Assembly: GCA_963833985.1 (NCBI GenBank) | Contig: CAWIAD010000002.1 | Span: 1,632,001-1,696,000 of the forward strand | Source of the DNA: an uncultured Planctomycetaceae bacterium | GTDB taxonomy: Bacteria > Planctomycetota > Planctomycetia > Isosphaerales > Isosphaeraceae | DNA: 64,000 nt | Reading direction: 5' to 3' | In this document: positions 53,024-63,804 of the stretch, in pieces | Layout: every line of letters starts with the position of its first letter | How positions within the stretch are numbered: the stretch's first letter is position 1 | Translations under genes and position numbers: made by a program | Notes under the pieces: generated by a model | Database searches by the model: none | What the model was told of the DNA's origin: nothing | Seen by the model: only the letters and a program-made list of their open reading frames with translations

Positions 53024-54738
53024 CAATACCGTTGAAATAGCGATAAGTTGATTGCAGGCATAAGTTTGTCCCTCGTCCCCACGCTCCGCGCTTGTCATTC
53101 CCGGAAAACTGCATCCATGTATATGCAATTAGTAGTGTACATGTGCATTGATTCTCGCGCGCTCAAGCTTTGCTCCCCTTACCAGCAGCCGGAGCACCTT
53201 CATGCCGCGCCAGAGCGTGATCCAGCCGGGCATCCCGTCTCGTCGCCGGTTCATATGCCCACCGAGCCGCCCCAGGGCAAGCAACACGTCTGCCACGGTC
53301 TTGAGTTCACGCTCGACCGCCAGACCGAGCACCTCCAGCTCGGGCTCCTCCAGGCCAGTGCTTGCCGCGGGAGCTCCCGGGAAGCCCTTGCCGAGCTCGC
53401 GCAGATCCAGCAGCCGAAGCGCCACCACGCTCATCACGGCGATCGCAGCGAACAATCGGTTGCCCCGCTCCAGCTGCAAATCCTCAGCCTTCATGCCCGT
53501 CTTGAGGCCCTTGTGAAACTCCTCGATCAGAAAGCGTGTGCCGTAGTCCATCACCACCATGATCGCAGCGCTGAAGCTCTCAGTCGGGCTGTCCGTGTAG
53601 AGCACCCATTCCAGCGGCGCGACGCCTTCAGGCGGGTCTTGCTCCCAGACCCGCACGAACCAGCCGTCGATCGGCTCGCCCGTGCCGGCCGCGCGGCCCG
53701 CACGCTCGGGTGCCCGCACGCGCACCGGACCACAACTGATCAGGAGCTTCGCGCGCGCGCGGCCTTACCATCGCGGCCACGCAGGTCCAGATACATTCCC
53801 CCCACGGGCGCCACGCCCACGATGTGGTCGAAGACCAGCCCGAGCCGCTTACCATCGGCCGGATTGAGCAGAATGCGATTTTGACTGACCCGGATCACGA
53901 AACCGTGGCCTGCCGCGCGACAGGACTCCATGTACTCATGAATATCTGCTTCTCGATCGGCAACGCGCACCCAGCGGACCTCCGGGTTCTCTGGTGCCGG
54001 GCCAATCCGCTTGCCCGACTCGAGCCAGCGATCCGACTCTCGATCCCGGATCTGCCGTTGCCGCGATCCGGCCTGTTTCGGCGTGTCGGGATCCCGCGGG
54101 ATGCGGATGAGGTATTGCTGGTCGGCGAGCCCCAAGATCGTGACCGGGGGCCGACGACCGCTCGCATCAGGTACGGGCGACGAGTCGGCACGCATCGCAA
54201 GGATGGAGTGGAGGAGAAAGCCCTGCTGTCCCGGCTCCGAGTCATCAATCGGCCCAAGCCCGGGTATTGGCTGCTTGCGATGAGAGAACGAGGGAAACGT
54301 GGTGTCTTCGATGAGGAGATATCGCCCCGGTTTGCGGAGTTCGGCCATCACCAGTCGGCGGTGAGTCGCCTGGATCGCATCGGGGACCACCTCGCGTTCG
54401 TCGAGGAGGTCATAGGTCGCGTTGATGTCGTACTTGCGGGTGAACAACTCGGGGATCATCTTCCCGGGTTGCTCAGCGAGGGCCTCCGCAAACGCCATGA
54501 GGCGATTCCTCCTGGTGCAATGGCCGAGCCTGATCCCGTCGAACTGCATCCGAGCCCATTGGGCGGGCGGGGATTGGTGGACTGACATCCCTGTGAACAT
54601 AGTTGGCTCCATCCATGACCATGCTGGTAGAATCCAGCCAACCATGTTAACACATTCGCGGGAATGACAAGCGCGGAGCGTGGGAACGAGGGACAAACCT
54701 ATGCCTGCACTCAACTTATCCCTATTTCAACGGTATTG
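53024..54738 (-). mobile_element. Nested element copy 2: IS4-family core 53091..54671 inside 67-bp MITE/REP arms
   Basis: Same outer and inner IRs as copy 1; core near-identical and 1 bp shorter. Confidence 0.93.
53129..54612 (-). CDS. IS4-family transposase copy 2, 1-bp deletion near 53755 (error or inactivation)
   Basis: Near-identical to 34034..35518; GCGCAGCGCGC in copy 1 versus GCGCGCGCGC here. Confidence 0.9.
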
Positions 54739-54807
54739 GGGTGTACGATCGATCGATCCTGGATCGTTCGACCGCGGATCCTGAACTGCCCGGGGAGGTT
54801 CCGTTGC

Positions 54808-55845
54808 ATGAGATCGCGCAAAAGACCGGTCACACGTCGTCGGTTCTTGACCCTTGCCGCACGGGCGGCCGCTCTGGGTGCAGTCATGTCCGGCTGGAGA
54901 TCGTTGCCGGCCGCATCAGGGTCAGGGGCTGCGCGGCCGGCCGATTGGCCCGGCTCCAGCGAGCCAGTTGCTGCGCAGTCCGCGCCCATCCGGATCGGCA
55001 TCCTGCTCGGGACGTTCGGCCGCGGGACTCTGGCGGATCGCCTTGATGCGGTCAAGGCGAGCGGCCTCGATTGCGTGCAGCTCAGCTTCGACTGCGCCGG
55101 TTTGCCCGACATGCCCCAGGCCCTCCCGCCGGAAGTTGCCGAACGCATCCGCCGGCAGGCGGCCGATCGTGGAATCACGATCGCTTCCGTGCAGGGCACC
55201 TTCAACATGAGCCATCCCGATCCCGCACATCGCCAGGCCGGCCTGCGCGCGCTGCGGGTCATCGCCGAGGCCTGCCCGCGGATCGGTACATCGAAGATTC
55301 ACATCTGCACGGGCACGCGCAACAGGAGCAGCATGTGGGGGAACCATCCTGACAACCAGCGGCCGGAAGCCTGGCGCGACATGGTCGCCTGCGTTCGCGA
55401 GGCGGCCGACATCGCCGGGCAGGCACGCGTGGTTTTGGCGTTCGAGCCCGAGGTGAACAACGTGGTGAACTCGGCGCGGCAGGCGCGCAGGCTGCTGGAC
55501 GAGATCGGCTCGCCTTCATTGAAAGTGACGATGGACGCGGCCAACCTGTTCCATGCCGGGGAGTTGCCGCGGATGAGAGAGATCCTCGACGAGGCGTTCG
55601 AGCTGGTCGGCAAGGACATCGTCCTGGCGCACGCGAAGGACCTGGACCACGACGGCGACGCAGGGCACTTGCCGGCCGGCCACGGCAAGCTGGACTACGA
55701 CTATTATGTGGCCCTGTTGCACCGCGTCGGGTTCCCGGGGCCGCTTTTGCTGCACGGTCTCAGCCCGGCACAGGTGCCCGGCTGCGCGAGCTTCCTGCGG
55801 ACGAAGATCGGACGCCTGGCCACCCCCGCTCCCGAGGGCCGCTGA
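54808..55845 (+). CDS. Tat-signal sugar phosphate isomerase/epimerase
   Basis: GGGGAGG RBS, TRRRFL twin-arginine motif, LAFEPE, TMDAANL, HAKD, GHG.LDY. Confidence 0.88.
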   Translation: MRSRKRPVTRRRFLTLAARAAALGAVMSGWRSLPAASGSGAARPADWPGSSEPVAAQSAPIRIGILLGTFGRGTLADRLDAVKASGLDCVQLSFDCAGLPDMPQALPPEVAERIRRQAADRGITIASVQGTFNMSHPDPAHRQAGLRALRVIAEACPRIGTSKIHICTGTRNRSSMWGNHPDNQRPEAWRDMVACVREAADIAGQARVVLAFEPEVNNVVNSARQARRLLDEIGSPSLKVTMDAANLFHAGELPRMREILDEAFELVGKDIVLAHAKDLDHDGDAGHLPAGHGKLDYDYYVALLHRVGFPGPLLLHGLSPAQVPGCASFLRTKIGRLATPAPEGR

Positions 55846-55889
55846 CCGCGTGAGCGGCCCCATTGCCTGGCCGGACGGCTCGCTTCGGC

Positions 55890-56982
55890 TCAGGAATGCT
55901 TGGCCCTGGAAGAGCCGCCCTTGCGCGGGCTGCCGTCGCCGCCGGCCGGCTCTCCATAGGCGGGTTCGGGTACGGTCTGCTGGATCCTGTCGATGATCTG
56001 GTCGGCGTCCACGCCCTCGGCATCGGCGTTGAAGTTCGTGAAGATGCGATGCCGCAGCACGGGCCGCAGCACGGCACGGATGTCCCCCGCGCTCACCGCC
56101 AGACGACCGTGCAGGATGGCGCGTGCCTTGGAGGCGAGGATCAGGTACTGGGCCGCGCGGGGACCGGCGCCCAGGCCAGCCAGTTCTTCACGAAGTCGAG
56201 CGCACGGGCTCCTTCGGCCGGGTGGCGCGCACCAGGTCCACGGCGTAGTCCACCATGTGCTCGCTGGCGGGGATCTCGCGCACCAGTTGCTGGATCCAGA
56301 GCAGGTCGCGGCCCGAGAGGATGGGCCGGATCTCCTCGCTGGTGGCCTGCGTCGTGGCCGTGACGATGCGGCGCTCCTCGTCGCGAGTGGGATAGCCGAT
56401 GTTGATGGAAAGCATGAAGCGGTCGAGCTGGGCCTCGGGGAGCGGGTAGGTGCCTTCCTGCTCGATCGGGTTCTGCGTGGCCATGACGAAGAACGGCGGC
56501 TCCAGCTCGTAGGTGCTGTTGCCGGCGGTCACCTGGTATTCCTGCATGGCCTGCAAGAGCGCGGCCTGGGTCTTGGGCGGAGTGCGGTTGATCTCGTCGG
56601 CCAGGACGATGTTGGCGAAGATCGGCCCGTTCACGAACCGGAAGCCGCGCTTGCCTGTGGTGGCATCTTCCTCGATGATCTCGGTGCCGGTGATGTCGCT
56701 GGGCATGAGGTCGGGCGTGAACTGGATGCGGCTGAACTTCAGGTGCAAGGCGCGGGCCAGAGTGGCCACGGTCAAGGTCTTGGCCAGGCCCGGCACGCCG
56801 ATGGTCAGGCAATGTCCGCGGGCCAGCAGGCAGATGAGCATCTCCTCGATCATCTGCTCCTGGCCAATGATCACCTTGTGCACCTCGCGGCGGAGCAGCT
56901 CTCCGGCGCGTTGCACGCGCTGCACGGCCTCTTCGGGGCTGGTCCTGGCGGGCGCCGGAGCGGGCTGGGTCTGGCTGGACAT
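55890..56982 (-). CDS. MoxR-family AAA+ ATPase, frameshifts near 56170-56210
   Basis: GVPGLAKT, RIQFTPDLMPSD, LADEINRTPPKTQAALL, ATQNPIEQEGTYPLPEAQLDRF, VLRHRI. Confidence 0.95.
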
Positions 56983-57242
56983 TCCAAACGGCTCCTGGTC
57001 GAGAATTCGCTGGCCGCGGACGGCGTTGTCCGCGGCACGGGGATGGTCGTGGACCGGAATTCCGGGCGGGAGCGGCCCTCGGGCGGCCTGCGATAACTCC
57101 CTGGAAGCCCGGAGATTCGTGACCTTCTTCGTTTCTATCCTACCTTATTCCTGGGATAATCGTACGTGGCGGTCCGCCGATTCTCGCGGCGCAGCGACCC
57201 GCGCGTGCCGCCTCGCGCGCTTCCGCTTCCAGGGTGCAACCG

Positions 57243-59363
57243 ATGCACACCGCTCGTCTCCGCACAGTCGTGTTCGCCGTCCTGGCCCTGTCGGCTGGCC
57301 AGGGACCGATGGCAGCCGCCGGACAGGAGGCGCAGCAGCACCCGGAGCCGGCCGGTGGTCCGCCGCTTCAGCGCAGGGTGCAGTTCCCCCAGGGATCCGC
57401 GCTGCCGGCCATCGTGATGACCGAATTCTTCACCCAGGGCGAGCTGTCGGCCAGGGGCGGCAACCTGGCGGTTCAGGACGGCCACGGCAACCCCGTTCCC
57501 TGGAGGATCCTCCAGCAGGGCCCCGGAGATTTCTGCCGGCTCGCCTTCCAGACGGCCGCGCGGCAGCACCTGTACAGGATCTGCTACGGCGGCAAGGACA
57601 CAAACGCGCCAGCTCCGCCCTGGACCAGCGCGGCGGGCCTGTTGCTCGAGACCCGCCACTGGAGCAACTGCAATTTCAATCATCTGGAAGAAGTCCAGGC
57701 GACGTTCCATGCCGCCGAGCCCTTCGGCAGCGCCTTCGTGCCGGCAGTCTTTCACCGCTTCAATCCGTTCTGCCCCGATCCCGTCCCGTTCCTCAGCCAT
57801 TACCAGGGAAAGCTGCAAATCCATCGCCCGGGTCGGTACCTGTTCTTCACTTCCAGCCAGGATTGCAGCTTCCTCCTGATCGACGGCAAGGCCGTCGTCG
57901 CTGCCCCCGGCTGGCACGGTCCCAGTCACGACGCGCGGCACCGGGGCGAGATCGAGGTCGCTTCCGGCCCGCACGAGTTCGAGTACTGGCACGGCGTCTC
58001 GGGTGGCGAAACCTGCATGGTGGCGGCCTGGCAGCCACCTGGAGCCGCCCGGCCGGAGGCGATCCCGGCGGAGGCGTTTGGCTCCCAGGCCATCGCACAG
58101 TTCCCGGCAACACCGGTAATGCACGCCCACGAATACACGGTCGACGTTGCCGGCGAGGTCGCACTGGACGACAGCGAGACGCCGCTGGTGCGCGTGCAGT
58201 TCCGCTCGGTCTGGGCGCGGTCCGCTCCAGCACGGCCCAGGCTGCACTGGGACTTCGGCGACGGCCAGACCAGCACGCTGGCCGACCCGGTGCACATTTA
58301 CCTGCGGCCGGGGCTGTACCAGGTGACCATGAAGGCCGCCGGCGAGACCGACGCGCAGGCCGCGGCCAACCGCGTGCCGATTCACCGGGCTCTGGTCTTC
58401 GCCGACCAGCAGCATCCCGGGGACCAGCTTGCTGCCTACCTGACAATCCTGGGTACGTACGATCCCGTGAAGCTCGACCCGGACGGGCTCTTGCAGCTCG
58501 CGCGGGCGCTCGAACAGGGAGGTCAATTCGATCGCGCCGCGAGGGTCGGCGAGACCGGCTTGCTGGAGGGCCGTGAAGCGACCGACGCTCCGGCTGCCCT
58601 GGCGGCGGTCCGGCTGGTGGGCGGCCTGCTCCGCGTCCAGCTCGATGATGCCGCACGCTCTTTCCATTTCTGGAAGGCCGCCGCCGATGCGCTCCGCCCC
58701 GGTGCCTGGAAGGCCGAATGCGAGATCGAGGCGGCGGACCTGGCACTCTCGGTGCTGAACCAGCCGGGCCCGGCCAAGACGCTGCTCGAGGCCGCCACCA
58801 ACCACCTGCAAACCCTGGACGAGCCCGCACTCACCAGCCAGCTCCAGCGTGTCTGGGGCGACTGGTACGCGCGGAAGGGAGACAGGTCCTCGGCGCTGGC
58901 CGCCTACCGCCGCGCCATGGCCGCCCGCGAGCGGCACAAGAGTGCGGTGGTGCAGGACGCATGGCGCGGTGCTCACAGCCGGTCCACCGAGGAGTTCCTG
59001 CGCGACAGGGCACTCGACCGGGCCCGGATCGAGCTGGGCCGCTGGCAGGACGAATACCCGATCGACAAGGTGGAAGGCTATCTCACCTTCCTTCAGGCGC
59101 GTTACTGGTTCAGTCGCGGCAGGTGGCCACAGGCCATCGCGCTGGCCGGAGACCTGCTGGCGATCAATCCGGACTCGCCCTATGCCGACCGCCTCGTCTA
59201 CCTGGCCGCCGAGTCCGAGGAGAAGCTTGGACATGCCGATCGTGCCCGGGCGGGCTATCAATCGCTGCTCAAGGACTATCCCGGCAGCCCGCTGGTCGGC
59301 GAGGCCAGGAAGCGGCTCGAAACCCCTGGCCGGAAGCCTGCCAGCGCGAAGGGAAAACCGTGA
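57243..59363 (+). CDS. Secreted PA14-like + PKD + TPR protein
   Basis: Signal peptide, Y.F.TSSQD.S.LLIDGK (PA14-like), WDFGDG...P.H.Y..PG.Y.V (PKD), helical TPR tail ending in DYPGSP. Confidence 0.8.
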   Translation: MHTARLRTVVFAVLALSAGQGPMAAAGQEAQQHPEPAGGPPLQRRVQFPQGSALPAIVMTEFFTQGELSARGGNLAVQDGHGNPVPWRILQQGPGDFCRLAFQTAARQHLYRICYGGKDTNAPAPPWTSAAGLLLETRHWSNCNFNHLEEVQATFHAAEPFGSAFVPAVFHRFNPFCPDPVPFLSHYQGKLQIHRPGRYLFFTSSQDCSFLLIDGKAVVAAPGWHGPSHDARHRGEIEVASGPHEFEYWHGVSGGETCMVAAWQPPGAARPEAIPAEAFGSQAIAQFPATPVMHAHEYTVDVAGEVALDDSETPLVRVQFRSVWARSAPARPRLHWDFGDGQTSTLADPVHIYLRPGLYQVTMKAAGETDAQAAANRVPIHRALVFADQQHPGDQLAAYLTILGTYDPVKLDPDGLLQLARALEQGGQFDRAARVGETGLLEGREATDAPAALAAVRLVGGLLRVQLDDAARSFHFWKAAADALRPGAWKAECEIEAADLALSVLNQPGPAKTLLEAATNHLQTLDEPALTSQLQRVWGDWYARKGDRSSALAAYRRAMAARERHKSAVVQDAWRGAHSRSTEEFLRDRALDRARIELGRWQDEYPIDKVEGYLTFLQARYWFSRGRWPQAIALAGDLLAINPDSPYADRLVYLAAESEEKLGHADRARAGYQSLLKDYPGSPLVGEARKRLETPGRKPASAKGKP

Positions 59364-60100
59364 TGAAGATTCTGGCTTTTCAGCGCATCCTGGTTCTTGC
59401 CTTGTGCCTCCCCGTGCCGGCCGCCCGCGCCGGCGACCTCACCGTTGAGCTCGGCAGGGCCTTCGACGCGACCAGCGTGGGCGCGGTCCAGCGCTGGGAC
59501 GAGGACGGCAAGGCCCGCTTCCCTGTCGATCCGAAGGCAAAGATTACCGAGCCCAGGCTGGACGCCCGGGCCGTCCGCGTGGGCGCGGGGAAGTGGGTCT
59601 TCCGGAACCTGCCTGCCGGTCACTACGACCTGGTCGTCCTTGGGGCAGAGCGAGTACGTGTCGAGGGGTTCCGTTATCCGCCGATCAACGAGTTCGACCC
59701 GTTCCTGGCCCCGGCCGCGGCCCCTCCGGAGGACGAGACGCGCGACTGGATCATCAAGCACATTGCGAAGTCTCAGCACTACGAGAACAAGGTGACACCG
59801 TTGTTCCTGGCCGGCGATGACAAGCAGGTGCGCATCCTCATGCAACTGGTGCGCGACAAGCCGACGAGCTACGACGCGGAGTTCGGCGCACCCGTCGCGA
59901 CGGTGCGGCACGAGGTCTGGCAGTACACCAACAAGTACGGCGGCTGGGTGAAAGACCGCCGCACCGAGGTGCTCGACCGCGTACTGCTGGCCAGAAGCGA
60001 ATTCATGCGCTGGACCTGGGTCTGGGAGCCGAAGCTGGGAGGGATCGAGGTCGGCGCGCAGCCCGTGGCCGTCACCTGCGAGCCTCCCCGCTACCTTTGA
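59363..60100 (+). CDS. Secreted hypothetical protein
   Basis: Start overlaps upstream stop (TGATG); signal peptide; FRNLPAGHYDL. Confidence 0.75.
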   Translation: MKILAFQRILVLALCLPVPAARAGDLTVELGRAFDATSVGAVQRWDEDGKARFPVDPKAKITEPRLDARAVRVGAGKWVFRNLPAGHYDLVVLGAERVRVEGFRYPPINEFDPFLAPAAAPPEDETRDWIIKHIAKSQHYENKVTPLFLAGDDKQVRILMQLVRDKPTSYDAEFGAPVATVRHEVWQYTNKYGGWVKDRRTEVLDRVLLARSEFMRWTWVWEPKLGGIEVGAQPVAVTCEPPRYL

Positions 60101-60274
60101 CCGTCAAACCGCCCGCGGCTGGTTCCCGGAATGAGCCATGCCGGCCGAGTACAGGAGTCGAGCCCAAGGGACGCGCGACGAATGCCGCCAGAGCCGTCCA
60201 CCAGAAGGCGGATATGGCGATGGTACGGCGCCCCATTTTCATGGGCTCTCCGGGGTGATTTGTGACCGAAGCGA

Positions 60275-61078
60275 TCAGGCGTGGTCGCATCTTGTCTGGT
60301 TCAGCTTGAGCACCCACTCGCGTTCCTCGGGGGAGAGCGGCAAGTCATCCGGCAAGGGGCGGTCGTGATGCAGCGTCCGGCGATAACGGCCCAGGTCGTA
60401 CACCCGGGTCACAAGCTCGCTCAGGTCCATCTCGACATCGGGGGTCGGAGGGCGCAGGGGAATGGGTAGAGTGGGCAGCCGGTCGTGGAGCGACCATCGG
60501 TACACGGCGGCGACTGGCAAGCGGGCGCCTCGAGCCACGATGACGTAGTAGCGGCCGAAATCCAGGCGCTCTTTCATGGGCAACGGTTGTCCTCCCAGGA
60601 GCAGGTCGATCTCCACCAGGTTGATCTTCTGCGCATGGAGCTCCTCGCGCTTCGCCAGATAGCTGGGCCGGCCCGGCCAGGACTTATTTCCCGGTGACAG
60701 TAGCTCGATGACGGTCACCAGCTCCAGCTCGGGCAAGCGCCTGATCTCGACCCAGGTGTGGCGAACCTCTTCCGGATCGCGCTCGAGCACCTCGTTGAAG
60801 ACTGGCTCGATGGCCGCCATGCCGGAACCGAGGGAGCCGGACCGTTCTTGCGATTCCGGCCGGTCGTGCCTGGCGACCAGCACGTCGGGACGGTAGGAGG
60901 TTTCTGGGTTCAGATCGGAACCAGTGATTTCAATCGACTCATCGACGCGCACGACGTATTCGTCGGGCAGGCGAACTCCCAGGAAATTGCACATCTCGGT
61001 GATGAGCCGGTTGTGGAAATCCTGCCAGTTGCCTTGCGATTCGATATACGGGTCCATTCCAGGGAACGGTCCGGCCAT
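60275..61078 (-). CDS. DUF4058 family protein
   Basis: MAGPFPGMDPYIE, W.DFH, PDV, VTVIELLSPGNK, NLVEIDLL, LP.LPIPL. Confidence 0.92.
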   Translation of the reverse strand: MAGPFPGMDPYIESQGNWQDFHNRLITEMCNFLGVRLPDEYVVRVDESIEITGSDLNPETSYRPDVLVARHDRPESQERSGSLGSGMAAIEPVFNEVLERDPEEVRHTWVEIRRLPELELVTVIELLSPGNKSWPGRPSYLAKREELHAQKINLVEIDLLLGGQPLPMKERLDFGRYYVIVARGARLPVAAVYRWSLHDRLPTLPIPLRPPTPDVEMDLSELVTRVYDLGRYRRTLHHDRPLPDDLPLSPEEREWVLKLNQTRCDHA

Positions 61079-61879
61079 GGTTTGAACTCCGTGGAATGTT
61101 GCGATTCCATCTTCATGCTATCCGAGGTCGCAATTTGGGGATAGTTGCCGGACGGCGTCCAGGAGCAAGGATAAAGGACAAGAGGATAGACAGGACGACA
61201 AGAGGATAGACAACGCACTCTTTCGATGAAAGAAGGACAAGGCCGGGCGAACCTGGGCGGCTGCGCGGCGCGGTGAGATGTCGACGACGGCGTGGCGATG
61301 CGTGCGATGCGGCGCGGTGCAGGTCGGGCTAAACGCTGGATTCTGGTCGGGCTCACGCCCGAGGTTGGGGGCTGCGCCCGTGAAAACCACGTGCTTACGC
61401 ACGTGGCCGTGCGCCGAACCGCACCCGCCGTACGACGTCCTGGGACGATGCCCGCAGAGTCCATCACGCTCGCGCACGGTGGCGTGCGTCGCGGGCTCCA
61501 GGTGTGGCGGGTGTGTCCAGCGCGGCGACGACGCACCAATCCGCGGCACGGGCTCGGGCGGAAACCGACGCGGCGATGTCCACATCGCACCGGATGGAGC
61601 GACTGCAAGACATCCTATCGCAGGCCAGGTGCACGCCCCGGCACGCAAGCATCGCCTGCCGTACGAATACACCTGCCCGACGGCTGGGGGGGAAAATCAA
61701 AAATTCCCCCGGATTCCTCCGATTTTTGGCGGTTTCGGTCGGATCCTCATAGATAGACGGCAGATCCCGGCGCATCGGCCGCGGCTTGCCGAGGAGGCCG
61801 CTCCTCAGGTGAACCGCCGGCCAGGGCCGCTCTGCGCACCGCACAGAAGTCCTGCACCACCAATAAAGAAAGCAACACC

Positions 61880-63564
61880 GTGGCCAGTACAGCCCAGATC
61901 TCGGCCAACCGCCGCAACGCCGCAAAAAGCACGGGGCCGAAGAGCGACCAGGGCAAGGCCCGCGCACGGCTCAACGCGCTGAGGCATGGCGCCAACGCCC
62001 GCATCGCCATCCCCTTCCTGCCACAGGAAGATCCGAAGGAGCTCGCCGAACGGATCTTGCAGTGGACGTTCGAACTCGTGCCGCGCAACGACGTCGAACG
62101 CACCCTGGTCGGCCATGCCGCACGCCTCGACTGGCAGATCGACCGCGCCGAGCGGGCCGAGACGGCTTACCTCGCGGCTCGCGTGCACCGCCAGCGCGAC
62201 CGCGACGAGGCCACGCGGCTGAAGCAGGCTCACATCCTGGGCCGCAAGCTGCTGGACACCCTCGACCCGCGTGAGCGGTTCGGCAAGGCCGAGTACTACG
62301 ACGACATGCCCGCCGTCTTCCTCGCCCGGCTCGAGCAGCTCCCCGAGGGCTGCCGCTGGCTGCTGGCGCGGTGGTCCGAGTTCCGCAACCTCATCGACGT
62401 GCGGGCCGCCTGGAGCGAGACCGACCACTACCGGTTCCTGCGACTCATGGGCAAGAGCTTCCTGGAAGGCATGATCGACCCGGCCGCCAACCGCGTGTTC
62501 CAGGCCGTCGACGCGATCGACCCGGGCCAGGGCCGCGAGCTCTGGGAGCTGTTCCGCAACATGAAAGCCAGCTCCGGCCCCTACTTCAGCGGCGCGATGC
62601 CGTGGCGGCGCTCTCGCGCCCGCCGGCGAACGCGAAAGAGGGCTGGGAGGTCCTCAGCTCGATCGTGGACGAGGCGATCCACCGGCTGGAAGCGCGGCTC
62701 GGCGAGCACGAGGACCTGGAGCAGATGGAAGCCGACGCCGAGCCCGACCGCGCGGTCTTCGCCGCCAGCAAGGCCCTTGCGGTCCTGCGCCGGCACCAGG
62801 GTGCGCTGACCCGGGAGCTGCTGCGTACGCTGACCACGCTGTCGAAGCTGCAAAAAGCCGAGCTCGGCGCCGACAACAACAACGAAGCCGACCGCCTCCC
62901 CATGCCGGTTGTCCATGAGCCGCAGGTCGGCCCCGCGCCCGAGCCGGACGCACGTCAACCACACGATGAATCGCGCAATGGCCGGAATGAAGGGGATGAT
63001 TCCGGGATGGCGTCGAGAGGGGGCATCTCGCCGCACGCAAAGGTCTGCAAGAAGGTGGGTTGCGCTGCGCTGACCCACCCTACGGGTGGTTCACCACGAG
63101 TTTCTCGGAGTGTCTTGAACGAAGCCAATGTTTTGGCGATGCAAGTTGAGAGTGGCAAGGAGGATACAGCCGTAGCGGAGCGCGACCGGCGGCCAGAAGG
63201 AAGCCAATCGGGCACGCGCCTCGGGCAGGATGCGAATGGAGGGGAACAGCCGGGAATGGCTACAGATCGCCCGGGAATGGGAAGTAAGGAGACGATGACA
63301 AGCATGAAGAGGGGTATCTCACCGCACGCAAAGGTTTGCAAGCCGGTGGGTTGCGCTGCGCTGACCCACCCTACGGGTGGTGCTTCACGAGTTTCTCAGA
63401 GTATCTTGAACGAAGCCAATGATCTGGCGATGCAAGTTGAGCGTGGCAAGGAGGATACAGCCGTTACAGAGCGAAACCGGAGACCAGAAGGAACCCAAAT
63501 TGGAACGCCCTTCAAGCGTGGTCCAGGCGGACGAGTCGGGAGTGGGCGCGCGCCACGGTGCTGA
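61880..63564 (+). CDS. Hypothetical protein of the 'QIxANRRNAxKSTGP' N-terminal family, frameshift near 62605
   Basis: MASTAQISANRRNAAKSTGPKS.QGKARARLNALRHG; helical body; duplicated C-terminal segment. Confidence 0.75.
63016..63510 (+). repeat. Two ~200-bp direct repeats (291-bp period), each with a GTAG-type REP palindrome
   Basis: GGTGGGTTGCGCTGCGCTGACCCACCCTAC at 63054..63083 and 63345..63374; flanks similar. Confidence 0.85.
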
Positions 63565-63804
63565 GGCTACGCAGGCGGAGGTTCGCCCGGTCGTGGACCG
63601 ACAGTGAACGGGACCGCGCAAGTTCTCCGGTCCTTGCCTCGACGGTCCGGATCGTCGCGCCGCCATGTGTCGGGGTGTGCGGGAGGTGGTGTAGTAACCT
63701 CTTCATGAAGGGGCGAGGTCACGGGAACGCGATTGTTGCGATCCTCTCGAGACTGGCACGGGCCGTGGTTATCATCCAGTGAGTGAACCGGAGGAACAAC
63801 GACC

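Noticed and set aside
53740..53770. Programmed frameshift in transposase copy 2
   Set aside because: No slippery A-run, and copy 1 is continuous at the same site
56513..59261. 687-aa plus-strand and 708-aa minus-strand alternative ORFs
   Set aside because: They overlap well-supported moxR and PA14-PKD-TPR genes; composition is typical of off-frame reading
63016..63510. CRISPR-like array
   Set aside because: Only two long units, no unique spacers and no cas genes
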